From positions 130,264,001 through 130,328,000 of the forward strand of contig NC_058368.1 of assembly GCF_018350175.1 (NCBI RefSeq): DNA of 64,000 bases, written 5' to 3'. The position numbers and the translations under genes were made by a program. Source of the stretch: Felis catus (lineage: Eukaryota). Below, piece after piece: positions 37,115 to 49,402 of this stretch; position 1 is the first letter of the stretch, and the number at the start of each line of letters is the position of its first letter. Under the pieces are notes generated by a model, which saw only the letters and a list, made by a program, of their open reading frames with translations, had not been told where the DNA came from and searched no databases.

Positions 37115-38761
37115 AAAGTCCCCTAATATTATTGTATTATCATCGGTTTCTCTCTTTATGTCCATTAATATTTGCTTTATGTATTTAGGTGCTCCAATGT
37201 TGGGTATGGAGATAATTACAACTGTTATATCCTCTTGTAGAATTGATTCCTTAATGACCTTCTTTGTCTCTTATTACACTCTTTGTTTTAAAGTCTGTTT
37301 TAGCTTATATAAGTATTGCTATCCTGGCTTTTTTTTTCTCCTTCCATCTGCATGGTGAATGTTTTTCCATCCCGCACTCTTAGTCTTTAGGGATTTTAGG
37401 TCTTGAGGTGAGTCTCTCATAGGCAGCACATACATGGCTCTTATTTTTTTTTAAACCATTCTGCCAGTCTTTGTCTTTTGATTGGAGCATTTAGGTCATT
37501 TATATTTGAAGTAATTATTGATAGGCATGTGCTTAGTGCCATTTAAAACATTTGTTTTCTGTTTTTTTTTTTTTTTATTCTTTGGTCTTTTTTTCTTCTC
37601 TTGCTCTCCTTATTTGTAACTGATGTATGTATAGTGTTTTTTTGACTTTCTTTATTTTTTGTGTAACTATCATAGGTTTGGGTTTTGTGGTTACCATGAG
37701 GTTTATGTATAACATGCTAAGCAGTCCATATTAATTTGATGGTCATTTAAGTTCAAATACATTCTTAAAAAAATGAAAAAAAGAAAAAAATCTTTTCTTT
37801 TCCCCCTTCTATTCCCTTTTTACTTTCTTCACATTTTATGTATACGTTGTCATATTTCACATCTTTTTATTCATATTTTTCTTATGTATAATTATGGCCA
37901 TTGCTTTTCCATTTAAAGAAGTCTCTTTAACATTTCTTGTATGGCTGATTTGTTGATTTATATAACCTCCTTTAGCTTTTGTTTGGGAAACTCTCTCTGT
38001 CTTTCAATTCTGAATGATAACTTTGCTGTGTAGAGTATTCTTGGTTATAGGTTTTTTCCTTTTAGAACTCTGAATATATCATGGCACTCCCTACTGGCTT
38101 ACAAAATTTCTGCTGAAAATCAGCCAATAGTTTTAGAATGTTTCCCTTGGATGTAACTTTTTTTTTCTTGATGCTTTTAAGATGAAGATTCTCTATCTTT
38201 AAACTTTGACATTTTAATTATTATGTGCTGTGGTATGGACCTCTTTGGGTTCATATTGTTTGAGACTCTATGTGATTCTTGGACTTGGATGTCTATTTTC
38301 CTCCCTAGATGATGGCAGTTTTCAGTTATTATTTCTTCAAATAAATTTTCTACACCTTTTTCTCTGCCTTCTACTGGGACCCTCATAATGCGAATGTTTG
38401 CTTGACATTGTCTAAGATTTCTTAATCTATCCTTAATCTCTTAATCTCTTAATCTATCCTCATTTAAAAAACAACTTCTCTTTTTGCTGTTCAGCTTGAG
38501 TGCTTTCCATTACCCTGTTTTCCTAATCACTGATACATTCTTCGGTATTCTTTAATCTATTGATTTCCTCTAATGTGTTTTTTATTTCCTCTATTGCATT
38601 CTTCAACTCTGATTGGTTCTTTTTAATATTTTCTTTTTACTGAACATCACACTGAGCTCTCCTTTTCTTTTTCCAGCTGTGAGTATCTTTATGATTTCTA
38701 CTTTAAATTGTTTATCAGGCATATTGCTTATCTCTTTCATTTAGTTCTTTTAAAAAATATA

Positions 38762-38771
38762 TGTGTGTGTG

Positions 38772-38821
<50 letters not shown>
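38762..38821 (+). repeat. (TG)n/(TA)n microsatellite including (TG)21
   Basis: Direct reading. Confidence 0.95.
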
Positions 38822-38824
<3 letters not shown>

Positions 38825-41299
38825 TGTTCTTTCTTTTGGAGCATATTCCTTTGTCTCTCTATTTTGTTTGACTTTCTGTGTTTGTTTCTCCTCCAAAAGT
38901 TGAAGGAGTAATATTTTGTCTGATGTTCCCTGTGCAGAGCAAGTATGCTTGATAACTTTCACTGGCTGGCTGGAGCTATGGTTGTCTATGCTTGTCACTC
39001 TTTTAAACTGTGATATGTCTCCATCTCTCTTGCTGATGTCTTGCTATTCTCTCCATCTTTGTTTGTTCACTAACTGATCAGCCTTCAGTTCTTCAGGAGG
39101 GACTATTCTGTTAATAGGTGTAATTTGGTGTATTCTGTGGAGGAGGTGAGCTGAGAGTTTTCCTACATCACTGTCTTCAACTGGAACTAAAGAAAGGAGA
39201 GGTTTTTATATAAGGCACGCGGAGGCTACAAACAAGTCGAATATATACTGTGATTCTGATTTTGTCTCTTTCATAACTAGAGGCCTCTTGCATGTTTTCT
39301 CAGTGCTTATTTTGTTTGTAGGTGCTTCTCTGTATGTGAATGGATGATCCTTTTCTGCGTGTTTCTCTTTTGGGGACAATGACTCACTTTACTTCTATAT
39401 GTGATCCTTTTTCCCTGTTGCTCTATTTATACCTTCTCCCCTATTCTATCACATCACCTCCTTCCTTTCCTTGCTCTGTTTCTTTTACCTAGAAGTAACA
39501 CAAAATGGAAGTTTATTTGTTGTATTTATTGTATACCATTATATGTTTCTTGTTAATTAAAAAAAGTCAACAAGTAGAATATTTTTTTCACTCTATTTAA
39601 TAAGAGTACAACAAAAACACTAAATTACATCACTTGTAAGTTTTATGATGTTCAATTGATTTTTTTCCTACTCCTGTAGATTAGTGGTTCTTTACTAGAG
39701 GGGAAAAAGATTTTTCTTCTTGATTTAAGTGTTTTAATTCTACATAGAACTTGATGTACTTTATAGTTATTGTTCCTTAGCCGATTACCATCTGTGTAAA
39801 GTGAGGAGGGACAAATATTAACATCTTCATTTTACTGACAAAATAATTGGAGAACAGATAGAGTAAGTAATGTGTTCCAGATCAAATAGGAACATTAACA
39901 TCAAGATTATAATTTAGTGCTTTGAATTATTATTTTAGTGATTTTCAAAAATTAGCATAACAAATATTCATGAAATTATCACCCAGTATCTTTTCATCCT
40001 AACACTTTGCAAGTTTGGAAGAATAAATACTTCAGATAGAGTTGAAGTATATATTTCCCTATACTCCTTTATTTTCTCATATTTCTTCTTCCCTTCCCTG
40101 AGGTAACCATTTCTGAACTGAATTTTAATCATTCCCACATATTCTCTTATACTAATTCATATGTATTAGCTCTTACACAGTATTTAGCACTGTCCTGAAA
40201 TTGCAAATACTTATGTAGATTGAACAGTAAGTACCATTTTGCAACTTGCTTTTAATCACCCTCATCATAACTTTGATATTTATCTACATTTGTACATGTA
40301 CTTCTAGCTCATTTATTATAATTGCACTATAACATTTTATATATTATGTGAATACACATGATTTATAAATTCATTTCAGCCTAGAAGATTTTCCACTAGA
40401 TTTCACAAGACAATATTTGCATGATTTTTTTTTTTTTTTACAAATTGTAAGAAGAAATATTTGGTCTATACTATAAAACTGGTAAACCTTTTTTGATTCT
40501 TATAACAAATGACTTTATATAATATTTCCTTAAATATTCAATTATATCAGAGTTTCTGCTTCAGTTTAGCAACAAGGGTTATTTCATTAAGTGTATCTAC
40601 ACTGGTATGGATTTTAGGAAGTAAAAGTAAAGATATAGACTAGAGTTTCATTTCTTGTAACATCAACTAGGTCACATGGTAAAACTATGAGTTGAACAAA
40701 GGTGTCTATCTTAGAACATTTTAGTGAAAAATAATGAAATGTTTAGGATTCTGGAATATTTACTTTTGTTTTCTTTATTCCCCCCTTACAAAGACATAAT
40801 ATTGTATAATCTCATAACAAAATGAGAGAAAACATAGAGAACAGTGAGGCAAATTATGCAACATTCATCCATAAGATGTAATGTTGGCAATGATGGAATG
40901 TAATGCAGGCAATAAATTGGTATTTAAAAGACATTTTAATTGTCACAGGGGACAAATGTTAAGAGTAAAAATACATAAGTGAAAATTAGATACAATACTA
41001 TTTTTAAAAATCAAGATAGAAAATCCAGCAAGGAAAGCACTAAGTTATTAAACCTAGCTTCTATTTTTTTTGTATTTTTCAAATGCTTTTAATCTTGGCT
41101 GTACATCAAAATTACTTGTAAGAAAAAGAGTGTGGTCACAGATCATCCCACATTTGTTAAATTAGAATTTGTAGAGTTAGGGCTTGGACTCCATAATTTT
41201 GAGGAGCTACACAGGTGTTGTGTTAAACAATGAGTTCAGATTTAAAAAACTAAATTGAGGTCAAGAACTCTTATGTGTAATACCACTACTATCAAATTC

Positions 41300-41710
41300 C
41301 CATGGAAATGATCAGAGATAAAAAAAAAAAACCAGGATAGAACTTTTTATCAACATTTAACATTTGATGTGTGGATTCTTATTTACAAACCATAAATTTG
41401 AAGAATAGTGCAAAAAAAGCAATTAAGAGGTACACATCTTACCACATATTAGTATATCATAAAGCAATATCTGTAAATAATTAGAGCTTGAATAGAATGA
41501 CAAATCAGAGGATTACAATAGAAAGTCCTGAGACAGTTCTAAGTATATAAATGCGTATCTTATAGTTTAAAAGCAGTGGGCAAAGGATGAATTGTTTGAT
41601 ACATACATTGGGACATCATGGCAAAACATGTTTAAAAGAGAAGAAAAGCACACTATTTTACCTTACATCATAGGATCAAAAATTACATTTTAGGTGAATC
41701 AAGGCTGAGA
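41300..41710 (+). mobile_element. Ancient L1ME-like ORF2 3' relic
   Basis: A-rich; aatagaaagtcctgagacag…gggcaaaggatgaattgtttgatacatacattggga resembles L1 ORF2 3' sequence. Confidence 0.5.
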
Positions 41711-42573
41711 AAATCCAGGAGGAGGTTTGATGCCTTTATGACATTGACATTGAATTGGGCCCTTTGGCATAGCCTAGTGATTTTGCTATATTTATCTAGC
41801 CGTCTTGCTTTCCCCTCTCTCAACCCTTCCTTAATACCACCAAGGTCTCCAAATGTCTCTTTTCATTATTTAAACAATGATCTGTCTCTCACAGAGAAAA
41901 GAGAAGCCCTCAGTTGGGTACTGCTTAAACTGTTCAAAACAGAAACAAACACAATTCAAAGACAGAAAACAGAAACACAATAAGCAAAATATCAGTTTAC
42001 CTCTACCTGCTCCCATGTTGTTTTACTTTTTGCTTTTGCTTCCATGGAACTGGATAAAATTTCTTGTCTCATCTATAGGAAGAAACTTCTTCCTACCAGG
42101 GAGATAGAATCATTCTTTTCTTCTTCTAGGATTAAATGGTCATGGCCTAGTGCAGGGTGGGTACTTATAGAGGCAGAAAGAGGAAGTAAAAAAAGACAGG
42201 AGGAGCATATAACAAGAGTCAACAGCACAGATTTTGCAGTTTGTTGAGAGCCCTTTAATCGACTAACTTCAGAGGAGGCCTAGGCCACAAAACAAGCCTG
42301 TAGAAAAGGTGCATGTTGTGTCTGGAGAAAATGGCCCAGAGAGAAAGTTTTAGAAGATAGTAAGTCAGGAAAAATCAAGATGGTACCTGGGAAGAAAAAA
42401 AATGACAGTAAGACTCGGACATAGTGTATGTCCCTGATGATAGTGACCCAGTCAAAAACCAGATCCATAAGGACAAATCCTAAAAATGTAATTGAGCAAG
42501 AAGATATCATTAACTTTTACATTTATGGATTTTTCCTTTTTCCAAATGTTCTGAAAGTGGTCCTATAATTTTT

Positions 42574-42778
42574 TTTTTAATGCTTACTTATTTTTGAGAG
42601 ACAGAGTGATACAGAGTGTGAGTGGGGGAGGGCCAGAGAGAGGGAGACAGAATCCGAAGCAGGCTCCAGGCTCTGAGTTGTCAGCACAGAGCCCGACGCA
42701 GGACTCGAACCACAAACCATGAGAACATGACCTGAGCCGAAGTGGGACGCCCAACCAACTGAGCCACCCAGGCGCCCC
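42574..42778 (-). mobile_element. Can-SINE
   Basis: SINE body; TSD tataattttt. Confidence 0.95.
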
Positions 42779-45700
42779 ATATAATTTTTAAAATTAAAAA
42801 AACCGATTAGGAAAGCTGTCTTTCCGAAGACACTGCCCGCTATTCCTCTGCCTCCTTCTTCCCTCCACCAGTGGTGTCTTTGCAGCCAGTCTTCAGTCTC
42901 CTTTGCTAAATCCCCTTTTTCCTTATTGTCATACTGAATCTTTTCTAGACAGGCTCATCTCAGTAGACTCAGATTGCACAGCGCGAGAGCCACAGAATCC
43001 TCTCTGTAGACATTATCAGATGCTTATTGGGGTGTTTTGCCAAATCTGCCTAGGCATTTGCAGATATCCATGCTGGTCTTCCCACTCACAGATCTCTGGT
43101 AAAATGATGGGATGTAAGGAAGGATGCAGAAGTTGGACAGCAAGGAGTGCACCTCTCTGTGGGTTGTTGTTACCTCCCACGATGCAGAGCAAGAGCAGTT
43201 GGAGTCCTTCCCGACTGGATGATTTGCAGCTTAGAGCTGATTTTACAGATAAGGTAAATGAAGAGATTATTAACAGAGGGAGCGCCTGCTGCCTTTATGT
43301 TCCTTCCCTTACTGAATCCCTGCCCTGCGGCTCATGTCCTGTAACTTCAGCGGTGGAGGGCACCCCATGTCATGCAGGAATTCAAATGGATACTCTTAGG
43401 CGTTTTGTTCCCAGAATCCTAGATCTTCCAAGTGAGCAAATGACTAAGATTTGACTTGGCAATGTCTTTTCATTCATGGCCTCATCTTTTATTTGGATTC
43501 CATGTTCACTTATAATGTCACTTAGGATTTTGTCCCTGTGGATACGGTTTGATGATTAGACTGAGGCATGTTTTGCTTTAAGGAGTCCGTTGTGCTCCGT
43601 CCAGCTGTCACATGAAATTTGGCATCCTGTTCAAGGGTGGTGACTATGCTGTGGGACAATAAGGTTCTTTGTTCCCTTCACGCCATTTGACTCTTCACAT
43701 CCTTACCCATGGTGGGGAGAGGGATCTTTCAGGCTAACAACACATCAACGTAGTGCTAGGTGAAGCAATCTCTATTGAGCAAGAGAGACGTACATATTTC
43801 CTGTAAGTGCCACTTGGAAATATCCAAGGGTAGAGCCAGGAAGAGAAGCAGGAATGGTGATCTTCTCAATGTTATTACAGAGATAGTGTCAGGAGAAAGG
43901 CCCTGGAACCGATCACTTGATGACAGATGGATTTCAGACGGGCCTGGGGTTGATTTCCTATGAACTGAGAGGCAACTTGATGGGAACAGTAGAGGCATGT
44001 TTTTAATCTTTATCTTATTACTTGCCCCTGTGTCTGCTCAGCTGTTAGCCAGATTCTGACCTTTTTGGTATGTGCTGAACCTAGACCCACCTATCGATGT
44101 TTGGTGCAACACTGAGAAAGAGCTGAGTTCCTGTCATGACCCCAAGGTTAGAGTTCTAGGAGGGTGCTGGGAGGTACTTCCTGCTGGTCTCTTGAAGGGT
44201 CTGCTCTGTTGAGTGTGCCTATAATCCCTTGCCGAATGTTGACATCTTTCCCAAGGCAGCGATCAGAATCATAGGGAACTGGTCTCAGCACATTTTGGGA
44301 GCAAAATATATAGGACATATGTTTTGACAGTGGCTGTTTGCTAAATTCCTGAGATGTCAAGGAGAAACTGACACTAATTTTTCTTTTTCTTGTTGCTGCC
44401 CTTGTCTCAGAGTGTGAGCATTCAGTTTTGATTAAAATGTGCCCTTTCCAACCATCGGTTTATTTGTGCTTTAGTCAAGACAGACAAATCCCTTAGAAGA
44501 TGTTATCAGGCTGGTGCAGTAAGAGCTATAATGGATGTGTGACAATTGCAAGCCACAGCAGTCTGAAGGAGCTGATGTGTCGTTGCTCATAACTCAAGAG
44601 CACTGGTGAAAGACTTGAAAAATGAACAGATTTTTCTTAACCTTATTACTTGCATCAGCATAAATAAGTTTCCCCCCCCCACTTTTTTCCTTTTTAGCAC
44701 GGGACATACATTCCACATTTATATGCCAAATGGTTTTCCAGGACTCCTATTAAAATTTTGACTAGACACTTATGTGATAAGCTTAAGATATTGCCGGGCG
44801 CAGTTTTTATTTACAAACTAACTAGTTCTAATTTGTGTAGAACTGCACAGCCTGCATGGGAAGAGCAAAGCACTATGAAAGAAATGACCAGACTCCATTC
44901 CCTTAGGCTCCACCCACGGCGTTCACCTCCAGCTGCTCACAGTGACCTATGCATTCTGTTATTTTTTTATCTATATTTGTAAATAAGGAAAATTATGCTT
45001 CTGCTACAAACAGCAAAAGAAAAATGAGGTTTGTTGAGAGTGAGCATCTAGTAATCGCTTTTCGTAGAGAAAGCAGCAAAACCGGTCCAATGTCATCAAG
45101 TCATTCCTTGAAAAAAAACAGAGGCTGGTGTTCGAGAATTTCCCTGTTAAATTAGGAAGGGTTCAAAATTACTTACTGGTGCACCCTTTTCAGTGGAGTA
45201 ATGGAGGGTCAATCCACAGTTCTTGCAGAACTTTAGTGGAAAGGGGTCAATTCTGATTTTACTGCTCTTCTGGACTAGTTATCTGGAGAATATATACTCT
45301 CAAAAATTATAGAAACTACTTATTAAAATATATTTAATAATGGCTAAGCTAGTAGCAAAGTAAAGGAAGTTACAATTGGCTAGAGACAATAAGAAAGTGT
45401 GAGTCTAGGCAGGTAGTGAATGTTGTATCTGGCCTTTGCCAGGGGGCATTTGTCATGGTGGGTCACACTTTGCATGGGTGGATAAAGGCTGGGTCAGAGG
45501 AGGGTAGAGCTCAGATCAGAGACACTTGAATAAAGCCACTTCTCCCATCAATGTGCAAGGAAAAACCCCACATCACAGAGGCAGATGGTAGAAATACTGT
45601 GTGTTTTTATCTTAGTTTTAGGTAGAGTGGGGAAAACACATCTCTCCAGAAAATTGCTAATTTCATTCCCACAGATACCTGAGTTTGAGGATAGAAATTA

Positions 45701-45876
45701 CACTCCCTGTGAGACCTATAGAATATTTAGTCTAAAGTGCTGCTGGATTGGCTGTGTGTCCAGATCTCTGGAGAAGAAAACATATCTCTGGAGGAAAGCA
45801 TTTTAAACTGACTTGTAAGTATTCTTACAGATACATTTCTGACAAACATGAGTGTGCAATTAAAGAAAATCACAAG

Positions 45877-46082
45877 GGGAGCCTGGATGGCTCAGTGGGT
45901 TAAGTGCCAACTTTGGTGCAGATCATGATCAGGGTTCGTGAGTTTGGGCCCTGTATTGGGCTCTGTAATGACAGCTTGGAGCCTGGAGCCTGCTTCAGAG
46001 TCTGTGTCTCCCTCTCTCCCTCTCTGCCCCTCCCTCCCTTGCACTCTCTCTCTCTCTCTGTCTCAAAAATAAACATTAAAAA
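45877..46082 (+). mobile_element. Can-SINE
   Basis: TSD aaaatcacaag (45866-45876, 46083-46093). Confidence 0.95.
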
Positions 46083-46766
46083 AAAATCACAAGACATATG
46101 AAGAATAAGCCAGCATTAACAAGAATCACTTGAAAGAATAAATAACAGAATCAAACTTTCAAAAATAGAGATTTTGGAATATTCACATGCCAAATATAAA
46201 ATAACCATGTTATAATATGGTCTAAGGAAATAAGCCATCGAAAGTATGGCAAAAGAACACAGGTTTATTGGAAATACTTAGGGATATTTGAAAAAAGAAC
46301 CAAAAGAGAAGTTTTAGGCATAAAAATATTCAATAACTCAAGTTAGAAATGCTGTACAAGGTAAACAGCACATTAGACATAAGTGAGGAGAAGTAGACCA
46401 GTTAGCAAACAGGCAGGCATGCTCTGGAGAAATGGCTCAGAATGCTGCATCAAGAAACAAAGGAATGGAAATATTACAGAAAAATTTCATACATGTTGGA
46501 ATCACACATCTAATATAATCTCTGGTTTGTTGGATTAAGAATAAGGACAGAGCTAAATCGCTGAACAATAATTTATAAATCGGTAAGGGGGATAATGAAA
46601 GTAGAAACATTCTAAGGTTTTTGTGTTTTGTACAAATACTGGTTTACTTTAGACCTTAGTAAATTAAATATTCACCTTAAAATTTTCAAGGTAATCACCA
46701 AAGAATGAAAGTAGAGTTTATATTTTCCAAACTAGGTTTGAAAAAATAGAATAAAGAATAATAAAA

Positions 46767-46987
46767 GGGGCGCCTTGGTGGCTCAGTTGGTTAAGCCTCC
46801 GACTTCAGCTCAGGTCATGATCTCACAGTTTGTGGGTTCAAACCCCACATAGGCTCTGTGCTGACTGCTCAGAGCCTGGAGCCTGCTTCAGATTCTGTGT
46901 CTCCTTCTGTCTCTGCCTCTCCTGTACTCATGCTCTATCTCTCTCTGTCTCTCAAAAATAAATAAATATTAAAAAAAAAAGAAAAAA
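46767..46987 (+). mobile_element. Can-SINE
   Basis: SINE body; TSD aaagaataata. Confidence 0.95.
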
Positions 46988-47034
46988 AAAGAATAATAGT
47001 AAACTTCAGTCATTCATTAAGAAAGCAAGATAGA

Positions 47035-47263
47035 GGGGTGCCTGGGTGGCTCAGTCAGTTAAGCGTCCGACTTCGGCTCAGGTCATGATCTCACTGTCCG
47101 TGGGTTCGAGCCCCGTGTCGGGCTGTGTGCTGACAGCTCAGAGCCTGGAGCCTGCTTCAGATTCTGTGTCTCCCTCTCTCTCTGACCCTCCTCCGTTCAT
47201 GCTCTGTCTCTCTCTGTCTCAAAAATAAAATAAACATTAAAAAAATTAAAAAAAATAAAAAAA
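47035..47263 (+). mobile_element. Can-SINE (near consensus)
   Basis: SINE body; TSD aagataga. Confidence 0.96.
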
Positions 47264-47884
47264 AAGATAGAAGAGGAACAAACAAGGACAAAGAAAATGT
47301 TGAGGCAAAGAAAAAACATAAAATAAGATAGTCAAATTACTGCAGTTACATTGGTAATCACATAAATGTAAGTGTCATAGATACTGTACTTTAAGTACAA
47401 ACATTTTCAAACTGGATTTAAAAACACATTGCACAGTTTGCTGTTTACAAAAGACAGTGTCTTGTGCTGTTTATAAGGACACAGAAAGAGTAAAAGTAAA
47501 GGAATGGAAAAATATATACCAGGAAATAAGAAAGCAGAGAAGAAAGTTGGTGTAACTATATTAATTAGAAAAAGTAGACTTCACTTTGGAAAACATTACT
47601 AGAAATAAAGAAGTTTATCACATATTGATAAAATTTTCACTTTTTTCAGAAGGATATTAATATTTTCTAATTTTGAAGTACTCTAGCTTAGGTTCAAAAA
47701 ATGTCAGTTGAATGGAATATAAAAACCGAACTAAAATATGAGCAGAAACTGACAAACCAGTTATCATAATGGGATTATTTCTCTCTCTCATTAACTGATG
47801 AGTAAAAGAGACAGAGGTCGATAAGGATATAGAAGATTTGAAAAATATTATCAACTGTCTTGATCTAATGGTTATCTTTATTTT

Positions 47885-48120
47885 ACTTTTTAGAGAATTT
47901 TTGAATTCACAGAAAAAAATGTGTGGAAAGGACAAAGATTTCCTATATACCCTTTGTCTCCCCACACATGTACTTTTCCGCATTATGAACCTCCTCCACT
48001 GGAGGCTATAGATGTTATAACAGGTGAACCTATGTTGATATAGCATAGTTACCCCAAGTCCATAGTTGACACTAATGTTTATTGTCTGGGTTTACACAAC
48101 TGTATAATGTCATATATCCA
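47885..48120 (-). mobile_element. L1MC-like 3' end fragment
   Basis: ttttgaattcacagaaaaaa…gatttcctatataccc…ccaagtccatagttgac. Confidence 0.6.
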
Positions 48121-48133
48121 ATTAGTTACTTTT

Positions 48134-48860
48134 CTTTTAAATACAACTTATTGTCAAGTTGGCTAACATACAGTGTACACAGTGTGCTTTTGGTTTTGGG
48201 GGTTGATTTCTGTGGTTGATGGCTTATATACGTACCCAGTGCTCATCCCAACAAGGGCCCTCCTCTTGCCCCTCACCCATTTTCTGCTCTCCCCCGCCTC
48301 CCCCATCACGCTTTAGTTTTTTTTCTCTGTGTTTAAGAGTCTCTTATGGTTTGCCTCCCTCTCTGTTTGAAACTATTTTTCTCCTTCCCTTCCCCCCGTG
48401 GTGGTCTTCTGTTAAGTTTCTCAAGTTCCACATATGAGTGAAAACATACAATATCTTTCTCTGACTTATACCCTCCAGTATCATTCACATTGTTGCAAAT
48501 GGCAGCATTTCATTCTTTCTCATTGCCAAGTAGTATTCCATTGTATGCATAAAGCACATCTTCTTTATCCATTTATCAGTTGATGGACATTTGGGCTCTT
48601 TCCATAATTTGGCTATTGTTGATAGCGCTGCTATAAACATGTGCCCCTATGAATCAGTGCTCCTGCATCCTTTGGATAAATTCCTAGTAGAGCTATTGCT
48701 GGGTCGTAGGGTAGTTCTACTTTTCATTTTTTGAGGAACCTCCACACTGTTTACCAGAGTGTCTGCACCAGTTTGCATTCCCACCAACAGTGCAAGAGGG
48801 TTCCCATTTCTCCACGTCCTTGCCAACATCTGTTTTTTCCTGAGTTGTTAATTTTAGCCT
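48134..48860 (-). mobile_element. 5'-truncated carnivore L1 (3'UTR plus ORF2 end)
   Basis: ttattg polyA signal; cacccagtgctcatcc 3'UTR; ORF2-end sequence through ttaattttagcc. Confidence 0.9.
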
Positions 48861-48871
48861 GGAATTAGTTT

Positions 48872-49093
48872 AAAAAATTTTTTTTTCTTACATTCGTTAA
48901 TTTTTGAGAGACAGAGAGAGACAGAGCACAAGTGGGGGAGAGGCAGAGAGAGGAGGAGACACAGAATCCGAAGCAGGCTCCAGGCTCTGAGCTGTCAACA
49001 CAGAGCCTGATGCAGGGCTCGAACCCACAAACCGTGAGAACATGACCTGAGCTGAAGTCTGACGCCCAACCGACTGAGCCATTCAGGCGCCCC
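48872..49093 (-). mobile_element. Can-SINE
   Basis: SINE body ending ggcgcccc at 49093. Confidence 0.95.
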
Positions 49094-49181
49094 ATTCAAT
49101 TAGGTACTTTTTTAAACACTGACTGCTTCCAACATTTGGAGAAAAATATATGTATTTGTAAATATTTAAAAATAGAATTTT

Positions 49182-49402
49182 GGGGGGTGCCTATGTGGCT
49201 TAGTTGGTTAAGTGTCTGACTCCTGATTTCGGCTTACGTCATGATCTCATGGTTCATGGGTTTGAGTCCTCATTGTGCTCTGCGCTGACAGTGTGGAGTC
49301 TGCTTGGGATTCCTTCTCTCCCTCTATGTTTGCCGCTCCCCTGCTTATGCTCTCTTTTTCTCTCTCAAAATAAATAAACAAATATGAAAGTAAGTTAAAA
49401 AA
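49182..49402 (+). mobile_element. Can-SINE
   Basis: ggggggtgcctatgtggcttagttggttaagtgtctgac…A-rich tail. Confidence 0.93.

Larger units (their letters stand above)
33070..39190 (-). mobile_element. Older near-full-length carnivore L1, heavily mutated, with two nested SINEs
   Basis: 3'UTR at 33090; ORF2 remnants (33735-36905 track ORFs); ORF1 remnant (38177-38386, ENLFEEIITEN…PQHIIIKMSK); L1-like 5' end aggtgagctgagagttttcctacatcactgtcttcaactggaac; residual TSD agaggtttt (33061-33069, 39198-39206). Confidence 0.88.
45780..47880 (+). mobile_element. Ancient L1M relic (ORF1/ORF2-EN region) carrying three SINEs
   Basis: gctgtttacaaaagaca…aaaagtaaaggaatggaaaaatatataccagg is typical of the ORF2 EN N-terminus; boundaries approximate. 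Confidence 0.55.
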
